Part shown: one piece after another, positions 16,397-26,494 of the stretch
Layout of the letters: each line of letters starts with the position of its first letter
How positions within the stretch are numbered: the stretch's first letter is position 1
Source of the DNA: a virus
Reading direction: 5' to 3' (one strand)
DNA length: 64,000 bases
IMG/VR virus record: IMGVR_UViG_3300025413_001393
Coordinates: 32,001-96,000 of that record
Position numbers and translations under genes: made by a program
Notes under the pieces: generated by a model
What the model saw: the letters and a program-made list of their open reading frames with translations, nothing else
Told to the model about the DNA's origin: nothing
The model's database searches: none

Positions 16397-18730
16397 CTAG
16401 CTTTGATCAGATAAAGAGGCTTGATTTTCTTTTATAATTTGTTGTATTCTTGTAACAGCGTCTACTGCAGGCTGTGCTACATTACCAACCTTAACATAAA
16501 CATCCCCCATTGTTACGTGATTGTGATCTCCCTGAATCCAATCTTCTTTGAAACCAAGAGTAGTGTTCCATCTATCTCCTTCAACTTGATCTCGTCTATC
16601 AAATTTAGAAAATATTTGATGGTACCCTTTACCCATGAACATATTGGAACCATCATCTCCATAAACCATCATACTCTGCTGACCTTGAGATGGATCATTT
16701 GGATTAATTTCGTAATGAGATCTAAAACCTCCACCAGGCATGTTTAGAGTTGTTCCTACAGATGTAACGGGATTATCGGGTGTAGAACCTGGTTTATAAC
16801 CTTGAGAATCCGAACCAGTTCTATAAACACTAGCCCATTCTTCTTTAGAGTAAGATGCAGCAAAATAAACAGGATATAAAGGATTGCCTTCTCTAAAGAA
16901 AACCCACAACATGGCACCTCCTGCAGGATATGTAAATAACCCTTTAGCCATATTATTAATATTATGAATAGCAGGAGGTCCGTGAGGATTAGGATGATTA
17001 ACAAGTGCTGTAGAAGAAGCTCCAACTTGCTTACCAGCAGTTCCAGCAATTCCAGTCTTGTTTGCAGCATTATCGGTTAACTTTTGAAGTTGAGCTTTTT
17101 GATCAGCAGTTAATTGAGAACCATAATACTGCTGAAGCTGTTCAGGAGTTGGAGGATTTTTAACAGAAAAAGAGGGAATAGAACCGTCAGTTATTGGAGC
17201 TATAGACATTGTTGCACCTGGTGCTAGTGTAGTGCCTTTTAACAGACCTGAAGAACCTTGTACAACACCTCCTCCAGCTGCAATCATAGCAGCTGTAGAA
17301 ATTTCTCCGTGATAACTATTAACACCAGCTGCAGCATTAGTACCAAGCACAGCACCGTTACCACGAGATGTTGATGAATCTGCACCAATACAAACAATCG
17401 GTGGTCCATCGTTAATTTGAACGGCAAAAGGTTTACCAATATCAGCTTTGTTAGCAACAGCAATGTAAGGTACGTTCATCGCATCAATTGATTTACCAGT
17501 TGAGTCAGTCAGCGAAGTGTTTGTATCTCCTGCACCATTTCCACCTTCCAATGCCATCGAATATGGATTTCCGTTTGAGTCATCCGAAATTTCATTAGCG
17601 TTTGAACCGTTAACAACTTGAGTTAGTGTGCTACTTCCCCGAGCTTGGTCTAATGCAGCCTTTGCAGAACTACTAAGATCTCCACCAGAAGCTGCATTAT
17701 TTTCAACTGTTGGATCAGCAGCATTACCTTGTGCTGGATCATCTTCGTCTTGATTGTTGTTTTGAGTAGGATCTGATTGGCTATGAACATTTGCAGCAGC
17801 TGCAGGCTGACCACTCATGCTCGTTCTATCAGCTACTGGAGAGGCTGGAGGAGAACCTGCAGGAGCTATAGTATCTTTTGGATAATATACTGTAAAATTG
17901 CTATAAGGTACTTTACCAGAAGAAGCAAGCACACCATTAGTACCTCCAACAGATGAAGGACTATCAGGATTTTGAGAAAAATTGCTAACCCAATTTGAAC
18001 CAGTCCATACTTGAATGTGACCTTGACCTTTATGACCACCTTGAGCACAAACTGTTGTACCGACTGGAATTTTAGCTGGATCACTTAATGCTCCAGCATC
18101 CATAGCAACTGGAGGTTGAAATTGACCAGAATTTGTAAGATAGTTATTCCCTCCTCCTAAAGCCAACGAGCCAGCTGTGTCGTTGCCACCTGCTCCAATA
18201 CCTTGAGCAAAATACGAATTACCAGTCAGAGCTCCTAAAACTCCTCTAGAACCAATACCACATTTACCTGAGCCTGAAGAATTGCTAGAATATTCGTCAG
18301 GAGATATACCACCGTACTTGGTTGCTTTAGCAAACAAATCTGCATTATTTGTTGGAGTAATTGGATTTGGACTAGATACTGGAGATTGATCGTAAAGAAG
18401 AGAAGATACAGCATTTCCTACTGCTTTAGCTCCTGCAGCAATAGCACTTCCTATACTTGATACAACGTTGCCGGGAGCTGAAGTTCCGCAAATTGGAGAA
18501 GCAGATTCAGCCCAAGGTAGTATTTGAACTAACTTAGCAATCTGATCAGACGTCAAAGCGCTTGGTAAATTATCTCCAACACACGTAAGATTGATGTCTT
18601 GAGCTGTTTCGTTCCAGTTATCATACAACGCTGGCATTATATGAGGAATAAAAACTTGTACTCTTCCTCTTTTTTCGGGATCATCGTTATTAATACAGAT
18701 GCCCAAATACATTGAATTATATTCTTTCAT
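16397..18730 (-). CDS. gp5: gp5-like baseplate hub with inserted CHAP/NlpC-like and DPBB (GH75-like) domains
   Basis: YLGICINNDDPEKRGRVQV...LPWAE and GLFTYPAGGAMLWVFFREGNPLYPVY form the split OB-fold; C-terminal V/IxGD repeats. Confidence 0.75.
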   Translation of the reverse strand: MKEYNSMYLGICINNDDPEKRGRVQVFIPHIMPALYDNWNETAQDINLTCVGDNLPSALTSDQIAKLVQILPWAESASPICGTSAPGNVVSSIGSAIAAGAKAVGNAVSSLLYDQSPVSSPNPITPTNNADLFAKATKYGGISPDEYSSNSSGSGKCGIGSRGVLGALTGNSYFAQGIGAGGNDTAGSLALGGGNNYLTNSGQFQPPVAMDAGALSDPAKIPVGTTVCAQGGHKGQGHIQVWTGSNWVSNFSQNPDSPSSVGGTNGVLASSGKVPYSNFTVYYPKDTIAPAGSPPASPVADRTSMSGQPAAAANVHSQSDPTQNNNQDEDDPAQGNAADPTVENNAASGGDLSSSAKAALDQARGSSTLTQVVNGSNANEISDDSNGNPYSMALEGGNGAGDTNTSLTDSTGKSIDAMNVPYIAVANKADIGKPFAVQINDGPPIVCIGADSSTSRGNGAVLGTNAAAGVNSYHGEISTAAMIAAGGGVVQGSSGLLKGTTLAPGATMSIAPITDGSIPSFSVKNPPTPEQLQQYYGSQLTADQKAQLQKLTDNAANKTGIAGTAGKQVGASSTALVNHPNPHGPPAIHNINNMAKGLFTYPAGGAMLWVFFREGNPLYPVYFAASYSKEEWASVYRTGSDSQGYKPGSTPDNPVTSVGTTLNMPGGGFRSHYEINPNDPSQGQQSMMVYGDDGSNMFMGKGYHQIFSKFDRRDQVEGDRWNTTLGFKEDWIQGDHNHVTMGDVYVKVGNVAQPAVDAVTRIQQIIKENQASLSDQS

Positions 18731-18732
18731 GT

Positions 18733-20301
18733 TTAGGTATTTAAATATTGAGAGGCCTCTAACGAAATATTCTTGTTAGCGTTATAGTTAAAAGGTTGAT
18801 TAGGAGTGTTCAAATTTGCTACTGGAGAAGCAGACGTAGATTTTAGAGGATCACTAGAAGTTAATTGTGGAAGAACAAGAGGAGCTTCTTGAGGTGAACG
18901 TACAACACGCAAACCATGCTGATCTACAGGAAGCTTAGGATTTGTAGGAGCTGGTACAATTGCTGGAGGATGTGAAGCATTGGGGTTGTGTAAAGGCGGT
19001 TTTCCTGTAGAGGTTCCAAGTAAAGGTCCCAATATACCCATTTGCTTAGCATATTGACCGGTAATATTTTGAATTACTCCTCCTTGTATTGATTGCATTG
19101 CTGAACCAAAACTATAACCATGGTTACCGACAAGCCCCAAGCCAGGTATTTTATGAATTTGACCGAGTTGTTTATTAATGCTAGGAGGAACTAGTTTGCT
19201 CATTAAAGCTTGTGGATTTCTTACAGCAGCAAGACCAGTACCAGCTTGAGGAAAAAATGAGGTGGCAAGAGACGCTGGATTGGATAATATTCCACTTCCT
19301 ATTGAAGCAAATTGACCAAGCTGTCCTATTGAATTTGTAACAGAACTTAGACCACTAAAAGAACCTCCAATACTGCCAACCATGCCAGCTACTTCAGTAA
19401 TAGCACTTAAAAAATCCGTCAATTGACCAATTGGAACTAGACTATCTAATAAGCCTTTAGGACCAAAAATTAAATCAAAAATTCCAGAAACAACACTATC
19501 CAACAAACCACTAATTTGCTTAACGATATCCATTAGACCATTGTAAATGTCTGAAGCTATGGAAAATGGAAGAGCTAATAATGCATCAGCCGTTGAAGCT
19601 AAACTTCGTAAACTACCCATCATTTGAGATGGTAAATGTTGTAAGTTGTCTAATTTATATTTTTTTACGGTTGCTTCCAGTCTATCTGTAAATCCTGGGT
19701 TAGTTTTATCTAATTGGTTAGAAATAGATTTACTAAACGATTCAGCTGAACCTAGAGGATCTCTTAAAACATTAGTAAGTGTACCAAGAGTAGATCCTAT
19801 ATGAGATGAAACAGGCTGAAGCGTTTGATTAATGTTGTCTTTAACGCCGCGTATGTCAGCAGCTATATTAACTTGAGCAGAAGATATTCCTTCTCCTAAC
19901 TTAGATGTAGCTTTAGTAACGCTTTTGTGAACAGCTAGCTCTGCAGAAAATAATGTCGTAATTAAATTTCTACTATAACCATCTAAATCGTGCTCGGTAG
20001 GAGCAGCTGCAGTTCCTGCTGATTTAATTCCAAATAAATTTTGTATATAAAGAGGTAATGGATGAGACGAGCCGTATTTCTTTTTAAGATGATTTATTTT
20101 TTCAAGTGTATTTTCATCTGTTACCCAACCAGTACCAACAGGAACAGCCGAAGTACCAGAAGCAGAGTTTATACCTCCTGGAGGATTATAAGAAAATGCT
20201 TGTTTGTTGGCAGACGCAGCGGCAGCAGCGGCGGCAGGTCCAAAAACCTCAGGCCCGTATGTTGTTGTTACGGATGTTCCTCCAATTCCTAAAAAAGACA
20301 T
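18733..20301 (-). CDS. Gly/Ser-rich late protein, probably virion-associated
   Basis: TATAAATA upstream at 20321-20328; co-oriented with gp5; long apolar amphipathic segments. Confidence 0.6.
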   Translation of the reverse strand: MSFLGIGGTSVTTTYGPEVFGPAAAAAAASANKQAFSYNPPGGINSASGTSAVPVGTGWVTDENTLEKINHLKKKYGSSHPLPLYIQNLFGIKSAGTAAAPTEHDLDGYSRNLITTLFSAELAVHKSVTKATSKLGEGISSAQVNIAADIRGVKDNINQTLQPVSSHIGSTLGTLTNVLRDPLGSAESFSKSISNQLDKTNPGFTDRLEATVKKYKLDNLQHLPSQMMGSLRSLASTADALLALPFSIASDIYNGLMDIVKQISGLLDSVVSGIFDLIFGPKGLLDSLVPIGQLTDFLSAITEVAGMVGSIGGSFSGLSSVTNSIGQLGQFASIGSGILSNPASLATSFFPQAGTGLAAVRNPQALMSKLVPPSINKQLGQIHKIPGLGLVGNHGYSFGSAMQSIQGGVIQNITGQYAKQMGILGPLLGTSTGKPPLHNPNASHPPAIVPAPTNPKLPVDQHGLRVVRSPQEAPLVLPQLTSSDPLKSTSASPVANLNTPNQPFNYNANKNISLEASQYLNT

Positions 20302-20356
20302 ATATTTTGTATTCTTACTTTATTTATAACCAAAAGTTAATAATTAAACTTCAGTT

Positions 20357-20533
20357 ATGTCTAGTAAACAACACGAAATTGAAGCTATTGTAGAAGATTT
20401 AATCGAGAACACAATTTTTGAATTATTTGCAGATAGTTTTTCATCAGTTAAAGAATGCGAAATTGCTTTAGAAATACTAAAACACAAGCTAGAAGAAATT
20501 GAACCATCTGCTTTTACCGAATTTTTTAATTAA
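20357..20533 (+). CDS. Small acidic hypothetical protein, 58 aa (not in ORF track)
   Basis: Manual translation MSSKQHEIEAIVEDLIENTIFELFADSFSSVKECEIALEILKHKLEEIEPSAFTEFFN*. Confidence 0.6.
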   Translation: MSSKQHEIEAIVEDLIENTIFELFADSFSSVKECEIALEILKHKLEEIEPSAFTEFFN

Positions 20534-20550
20534 AAGAGATAAATAATAAT

Positions 20551-20964
20551 ATGCAGCTGTTTAAAGACAATTATCTTCTCGAAAAGGCTTATCTCTCTAT
20601 CGCCCAACAAGTACCTTCAGTACCTTCTGACGAAGAAGAAATGGAGCCGGAGTTAGAGCAGAATGACAATACCGAAATAGACGGTAGAATCGGAGATGAA
20701 GTTCCAGGACCTGAAGAGCCTGTTATTGATGACGAGCTTCATTCTCCTGCAGAAGTAGGAATGGAAGAGCCAAGTTTGAATGACGAAGAGCACGAAGAAA
20801 TGGAAGAAGATAGAATGGCTGTTGATAACCTTAATTCCGTTCGTGAAAGTGCAATGAAAATTGCAAATCATTGGTCACAAGGTAGTCGCTTGAGTCCTTG
20901 GCAACAGCAAAAATTAGCTATTGCAATGGAACTTCTTGCTGAAGTAGCAAGAGCTCTTCGCTAA
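20551..20964 (+). CDS. Acidic late protein, possibly head-associated
   Basis: TAAATA-N5-ATG; C-terminal helix LSPWQQQKLAIA. Confidence 0.7.
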   Translation: MQLFKDNYLLEKAYLSIAQQVPSVPSDEEEMEPELEQNDNTEIDGRIGDEVPGPEEPVIDDELHSPAEVGMEEPSLNDEEHEEMEEDRMAVDNLNSVRESAMKIANHWSQGSRLSPWQQQKLAIAMELLAEVARALR

Positions 20965-21377
20965 AACTCGAGTTTAATACACTCGATGTTATTGAAATTA
21001 AATATTTCAAGAGCTTTTTCGTCTCTACAGTAAGTTTCCGAGTAAACAACTTTTTCGATTCCATGTGCAACAATGTTGGTAGCACATGATGTGCAGGGAA
21101 GCAAGTTGCAAGCAATTATACGGCATTCTCCGCGTTTTATGAGCGCTAATAGATTGGCTTCTGCATGCACCACAAATGGACGTCTAGCATCTCTATCTTC
21201 CCAGAAGCCTGCAGGAGCAATTTTTCCTGGAGCTAAACCGTTATAAGCAACTCCTATAACTCGATTATCATAATCAAGTGCACAAGCTCCAACTTTTTTA
21301 TAAGGATCTTCACTTCGTAATGAAGCTACTTGAGCTATCCTCAAAGCATATTCTTCCCACGAAATTCTATTACTCAT
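20961..21377 (-). CDS. dCMP deaminase
   Basis: KVGAC, YNG, HAEAN, PCTSC zinc motifs. Confidence 0.93.
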   Translation of the reverse strand: MSNRISWEEYALRIAQVASLRSEDPYKKVGACALDYDNRVIGVAYNGLAPGKIAPAGFWEDRDARRPFVVHAEANLLALIKRGECRIIACNLLPCTSCATNIVAHGIEKVVYSETYCRDEKALEIFNFNNIECIKLEF

Positions 21378-21778
21378 TATACCAACTTATCGTTCCAGCA
21401 AAATACAACGTTATCGTATTTTTCCAACTTTAATGTTAAATTGTGATGAATAAGATTCTCCCAAATTTTATATTTGTTTATACTTGCACAATCCATTTTA
21501 GTAATATAAAACGTCTTGTCTGGGTTATTTGTAATGAGTCTCTTTAGTCTTATTAATTCTTCAAAAAAGATTGGCGAATATTCTTCTGGCTTGTAAAAAG
21601 AACTATCATCTAAGTCACCAAATTTTTTAGTTGTAAAGCCAAATGTGTGTTCATGGTCTCGTAATAGAGTAGAAAGCTCTGTACCTACGTGTTGAATATT
21701 ATCTGGAAACACAAAGTAGGATTTTGGATTTTTATCCAAAAAATCTGCTGTTATTGCTATTTGTTCGTAACGTGCCAT
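21377..21778 (-). CDS. Hypothetical protein, weak similarity to FVFG[DS]N macro-like phage proteins
   Basis: YFVFPDN...FGFTTKK; TAAGTA upstream. Confidence 0.6.
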   Translation of the reverse strand: MARYEQIAITADFLDKNPKSYFVFPDNIQHVGTELSTLLRDHEHTFGFTTKKFGDLDDSSFYKPEEYSPIFFEELIRLKRLITNNPDKTFYITKMDCASINKYKIWENLIHHNLTLKLEKYDNVVFCWNDKLV

Positions 21779-21796
21779 CCCTGTACTTATGCGGGT

Positions 21797-22510
21797 TTAG
21801 GTCCAAAAATAGTTTCTATTCTCGATAAACCACGTTAATATTTTAGTATCTTTAATTCTAATACTTTCCTCAAGCTCGTTATGCTTTTTGTATCTTTGTT
21901 GATATGACAGCTTACGAGACTTTTTTGTTGCTACAGTAAGAGCGTTGTCCAACTTTTCTTCTAACGCTTTACGAGTAACTTCAATATATTTTACAGCAGC
22001 TTTTAGTTCTTTATAGAAGGTTTTATGCGATGGATCACTATTCCAATTAATAGTGTTTTGACTAACTTCTTCATGCCAAAAATCTAAAATTAAACCAAAA
22101 TTTGAATCTACAACTACACTACTAATATCTTTCCAAACGTGCCTTGGGCAGGAGTTACGCCAACGAGGGTGCAAAGGTTTAATAAAGCGTTTAACGGCGT
22201 ATTTAACGTCCAAATAACGCATATATCTTAGTTTTATAAAGGCGTATGCTGGATTGTCCCAACTTGTTAACCAGTGACGAAAAAACCATTGAATGGGATA
22301 CTTTTGACGAATAAATTTATAAAATAAATCCCATTCGCTTTCCTTAGTTCCAAGGTCGTTGAATTTTATCTGAAGACCAAATGGAATTAAATAAAAGCCA
22401 TTTTTTTCTCGTTGTTCACGGGGAAGAGCTTTGTAATCTTCAGTAGTAGATACTTTATTACACGAATTTATAGGAAGATAAAACTTTGAATTGAGACCTT
22501 TTATGTGCAT
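21797..22510 (-). CDS. Hypothetical protein
   Basis: 237-aa aromatic/basic ORF with no family recognised. Confidence 0.7.
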   Translation of the reverse strand: MHIKGLNSKFYLPINSCNKVSTTEDYKALPREQREKNGFYLIPFGLQIKFNDLGTKESEWDLFYKFIRQKYPIQWFFRHWLTSWDNPAYAFIKLRYMRYLDVKYAVKRFIKPLHPRWRNSCPRHVWKDISSVVVDSNFGLILDFWHEEVSQNTINWNSDPSHKTFYKELKAAVKYIEVTRKALEEKLDNALTVATKKSRKLSYQQRYKKHNELEESIRIKDTKILTWFIENRNYFWT

Positions 22511-22529
22511 ATAAATATGCTCTTATAAA

Positions 22530-22898
22530 TTATTTGAATGTCAAGAAATACTTTAATCTGTCAACAATACCTAATATTTCGTCTCTAATATTAAACAATT
22601 CTGTATCCTTTATTGGATCTAATTGATCTACGGCTCTAGTAGAAAGAAACTCCATCATGTCTTTTATGAAGACTTCGTGATCAACTTCTTCTACGTTTAC
22701 AATCTCAATAGTAGTAAATGGTTTAAGACTAAATCTTTGATACTTACCTTGAAAACATTCAACAAATTTGTCTATCTGTTCATCTAAATCGTTATATGCT
22801 TTATTAAAAGCTTTATGTCTAGCATACGAAAACGTTTGCCAATGCAAAATTCTTATTTGTGTTTGGAACGTTAAAAGCTCAACTATCGTGTTTTCCAT
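22530..22898 (-). CDS. Ferritin/Dps-like four-helix protein (DUF5856-like)
   Basis: LHWQT.SYARHKAF...Y..L...IDKFVE..QG; NIRDEIL......KYFLT. Confidence 0.75.
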   Translation of the reverse strand: MENTIVELLTFQTQIRILHWQTFSYARHKAFNKAYNDLDEQIDKFVECFQGKYQRFSLKPFTTIEIVNVEEVDHEVFIKDMMEFLSTRAVDQLDPIKDTELFNIRDEILGIVDRLKYFLTFK

Positions 22899-22913
22899 TC
22901 CTTTAATTATAAC

Positions 22914-22943
22914 AAAAAAGAGGTGGAGTAAACCACCTCTTTT
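22914..22943. terminator. Bidirectional terminator after tail tube gene
   Basis: aaaagaggtgg-agtaaa-ccacctctttt. Confidence 0.85.
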
Positions 22944-22969
22944 CGTATTTGATATATTTATTTTAAATG

Positions 22970-23557
22970 TTAGCGAATAACGCCTGGATTTGCACCAAAT
23001 GTACCAGGAGTTCCAAGATTACCAGCACTACCGTTGTCTGTCTGCTGAGTAATGCGCCAGAATTGATATGCAATTGTAGCATTTACTGTTGCAATTGTAC
23101 CGTTATCCTTAATGTCAAAAGCAGTGTCAGCAAGAGCTTGTACATATGCACCAAATAGTGTGTACTCTCTTGTTGGCTGATTTTGCTTATCAAGAAGCTG
23201 GAGGATGATATCACTGCCAACTGATGGTGTTGAATAGTTTCCTGTTGAATCAGCATCACTAAATGTGTTGAACAAGCTTTGCTCTAACACATCTCTGATG
23301 TTGTATGCTTGATCGCAACGGAATGTTACATTGTAACCAGCTGATCCTGGATAGGAAGCTGTACCCGGAACGTTGAAAGCAAGACCCATGTAAGGAACTG
23401 GAATATTGTTAATTTGTCTTCCTGGAAGGGAAGCGGTTTCAACATAAATTAGCTCATCGGTCAGATTCAAATTTCCAAACTTTATCAGTTGGAATTGAAA
23501 CAAACGAGCGAAGTCGTGTTGCTGTGCTTGAGAGTAGAAGGTTTGGATGTTTGACAT
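22970..23557 (-). CDS. gp19: Tail tube protein
   Basis: FARLFQF, TASLPGR, VPG, VTF, downstream of sheath gene. Confidence 0.85.
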   Translation of the reverse strand: MSNIQTFYSQAQQHDFARLFQFQLIKFGNLNLTDELIYVETASLPGRQINNIPVPYMGLAFNVPGTASYPGSAGYNVTFRCDQAYNIRDVLEQSLFNTFSDADSTGNYSTPSVGSDIILQLLDKQNQPTREYTLFGAYVQALADTAFDIKDNGTIATVNATIAYQFWRITQQTDNGSAGNLGTPGTFGANPGVIR

Positions 23558-23575
23558 AAGATTATTTATTTAATT

Positions 23576-25873
23576 TTAGATTAATTCTTGGAAGTTCTGA
23601 GCTGTTGTTGTAGCAATGAAGTTAACATTGATGAACTCAGCTGTTCTTACTGGCTTGAGATAGATGTCTACAACAAGCTGATTTTGATCGATAAGACTTG
23701 GTGTATTGTTTCTCTCATCGCAAATAATCAGATAATCATACAGACCGTTTGAGTTCTTTGCATATTCAAAAATAGGCGAAAGAGTGTTTCTGAGACGTGT
23801 ACGAGTGAAGTTTGTATTCGGTTCAAACACATAATATTTTAATGTACGTTGTGTTGAACGCTCGAGTGCTAGGAACAATCTACGAACATTGATTCTATCA
23901 AATGCTGATGGAGTGCCTTGAAGTGTTTTCTCACCGAAGATTGCAAAACCGTTTCCACTGAAGTTGGCAACTGGATTTACAGCAATGTCGTAGAACTTAT
24001 CACGCTGCTTTTGATTTGGATTGAAAGCAATATCAATTGCAACGAATGTACCTCTATTTAAACCAGCAGGAGCATACCATGGCTGAGCGACTGAATCATT
24101 TCTAGCAAATACAGCTGCTGCATAACCTGAGAATGGTACCCAAACATTTCTTCCAGAGAAGAGATCGTTAACCTTTACCCAGTTACCATAGATGGCTGTG
24201 TAGTTAGAGTTAATCGGATTAATCAACGACTGAAGGTTGTTGAAAATATCTACTGTGAAAGTTGAACCTGTTTGGTTGATTACTTTTGAGTCTTTACCAG
24301 AGATAAAGATCTGACGAAGAGGATCAAGGATTGCAACACAATCACGTCTTTGATTTTGAGCAAAGTTGATAAACTCATCAGCAACAGCATTCCAATTTTC
24401 ATTTAGTGATGAAACGGTATCTACATATGTAGTATCGTCATAGTTTGTTGAAGAATTGTTTTGTGTTGTAGCGTAGATTGTTGAAAGACCAGCATCAATA
24501 ACAACGTCGACGGTTGTATTTTCAGTTGAACTAATCAACGAAAGAACCTTACTAAGTTTGTTTGGAACTTCACCAATTGCTTTTGAATTAGCTACATCTG
24601 ATGTGTTTGGTGTATAAACACCAAGAGCGAACAATGATTTCGCTGAAGAATCTACACTAATTTGTGTGCGAGCCTCTGTATTTGTACTTGACCAGAGTGT
24701 ACTTTGAGATGAAGAAGGATTGACAAATACTTCAATTGTTTTTGATTTGCCGTTTACTACATCTTCAACGAAAGCGCTTTGTAGTGCACCACCAGTTGGG
24801 CTATTAACCTTACGAGTTAAATCAAGTGTACCAATATATTTTTCAACATTTGAAATTGCAATAGTTGTACCATCGACTGTAGAGCGGCGAAGTTTGTAAA
24901 CGCCAAGTGAAATTTGATCACTGTATTTAGTAGTGTAGAACCCTGTAAAACCAACGTTCTGAAGAGACTCTGATATACTTGGACTGTAAACAGATGAATC
25001 TTCTATTGAAGATGTAAGGATAGATACGTACGTTGTATTGTTGTTATACAAATTAGGAGAAAGAGAACCAAATCCATCTGCCGATGACAATGTCTGAATA
25101 GAAGTAATTGCATTATAACCACTCGTAGATGGGTCTGTGTTATTTGCTAAACCAATATAGTAGCCTTCCGCGTTTTCATTAATAACTGTTTGGAGATTGT
25201 TGATAATAAAGAAACCAGCTGTTGCAGAGGCACTGTTGAAGCTTGCCGAATCAGCAGATTGTTGAACTTGCGTAACCAAGACATTGCCTGACAGATCAGG
25301 AGCTGATACACTATAAAAATAGTTGCCACTTAAGCCAGGAGTAGGAGCAGATGCTGATCCAGTTGTATAAGTTGTTGTATAACCAGCTGGGTCTGTTGAA
25401 ACCCATGTAATATTACCTTGAACAATTTTATCGTGATCAGCTTGAGAAAGAGTTACATGAGTTGGAGCTCCGATTGTGTAACCAGGTGCAGGTGTTGCTG
25501 AAATAATTACATTTGTTGTATCAGCACTCAAAGTTAGTGTTTGATTTTGATAAAGAGGATAAAAAAGACCACTGTAAGCAGTAGCAAAATCCGAACCAGT
25601 ATCAGAACCGTATGGCAAACGAATTGTTGTAAGAGTACCTGGAGAGTTAAGAACTTCTGCACAACTGTAGTAGAAATAACGCTCAGCTGCTGTAGTTGGT
25701 GTTCCGTATACAGACTGAAGTTCACTTATTGTTGTAATAAGAAGAGGTTCACTCGTTGGGCCTTGAGCTGCAAAACCTGGAACAACGACGTTTGTTCCTG
25801 CTGGAAGGTTTGCTCTGAGACTCAAATCGATTTCGTTAATTTGTACGCCTGGAGATGTAATTGATAATGCCAT
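23576..25873 (-). CDS. gp18: Tail sheath protein
   Basis: SPGVQINEIDLS; WYAPAG.NRG; SAFDRINVRRLF; FEPN; IKP/LKP.RTAEFI..F. Confidence 0.96.
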   Translation of the reverse strand: MALSITSPGVQINEIDLSLRANLPAGTNVVVPGFAAQGPTSEPLLITTISELQSVYGTPTTAAERYFYYSCAEVLNSPGTLTTIRLPYGSDTGSDFATAYSGLFYPLYQNQTLTLSADTTNVIISATPAPGYTIGAPTHVTLSQADHDKIVQGNITWVSTDPAGYTTTYTTGSASAPTPGLSGNYFYSVSAPDLSGNVLVTQVQQSADSASFNSASATAGFFIINNLQTVINENAEGYYIGLANNTDPSTSGYNAITSIQTLSSADGFGSLSPNLYNNNTTYVSILTSSIEDSSVYSPSISESLQNVGFTGFYTTKYSDQISLGVYKLRRSTVDGTTIAISNVEKYIGTLDLTRKVNSPTGGALQSAFVEDVVNGKSKTIEVFVNPSSSQSTLWSSTNTEARTQISVDSSAKSLFALGVYTPNTSDVANSKAIGEVPNKLSKVLSLISSTENTTVDVVIDAGLSTIYATTQNNSSTNYDDTTYVDTVSSLNENWNAVADEFINFAQNQRRDCVAILDPLRQIFISGKDSKVINQTGSTFTVDIFNNLQSLINPINSNYTAIYGNWVKVNDLFSGRNVWVPFSGYAAAVFARNDSVAQPWYAPAGLNRGTFVAIDIAFNPNQKQRDKFYDIAVNPVANFSGNGFAIFGEKTLQGTPSAFDRINVRRLFLALERSTQRTLKYYVFEPNTNFTRTRLRNTLSPIFEYAKNSNGLYDYLIICDERNNTPSLIDQNQLVVDIYLKPVRTAEFINVNFIATTTAQNFQELI

Positions 25874-25906
25874 ATGATTTTATTTATCTAAAAACGGGGT
25901 AATTTT

Positions 25907-26494
25907 TTAACTTGGTTTAATAATATCTAGCTGACTATATTGAAATTCTACTGTGGAGTCAATAATATCTCCATCTCTATAAGAGTAATTAATTCCACCG
26001 AGGTTTGTTATGAAGGCATTGTAATACTTAAACTCTACAACTGCTTTGTCGTATTCATTTAATGCTAAAATAGACAAATTTGTTTGATATTCAGCGTTAT
26101 TACCGTTTTCTAATAAATTTTTTACACTAACTTGGTTGACTGGAGTACCTGTATAGGTGGAGCTTCTTGGATCGTTCAATAAAGCAAGCCACTTCCAGAG
26201 AACATAATAGTTGCTATATTGATTATCTACTAAAAAATTAACATTTAGAGGAGGATAATTTGGTCTTGAATGAGAAGAATAATTTGCACTTTGACCCCCA
26301 TATCTTACTTCGACAGCTGGAACTGAAATAGGAGGTACAACAGAACCATAAACACTTACCTGCAGTTTTTCAATATCTAACGTAGAATCTGTCAAAGACT
26401 GTTTCTTTAAAACATTAGGAAGCTCGAGGACAAGAATAAACTTGTCTTTCGACGCTCTATTTAAAGTTGATTGAGATGAAGGATTAACGGACAT
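25907..26494 (-). CDS. gp3: Tail completion/tube terminator (gp3-like)
   Basis: LNVNFLVDNQYSNY..LWKW; F.Y.NAFITNLGGINY; tube-like fold between terminase and sheath. Confidence 0.65.
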   Translation of the reverse strand: MSVNPSSQSTLNRASKDKFILVLELPNVLKKQSLTDSTLDIEKLQVSVYGSVVPPISVPAVEVRYGGQSANYSSHSRPNYPPLNVNFLVDNQYSNYYVLWKWLALLNDPRSSTYTGTPVNQVSVKNLLENGNNAEYQTNLSILALNEYDKAVVEFKYYNAFITNLGGINYSYRDGDIIDSTVEFQYSQLDIIKPS

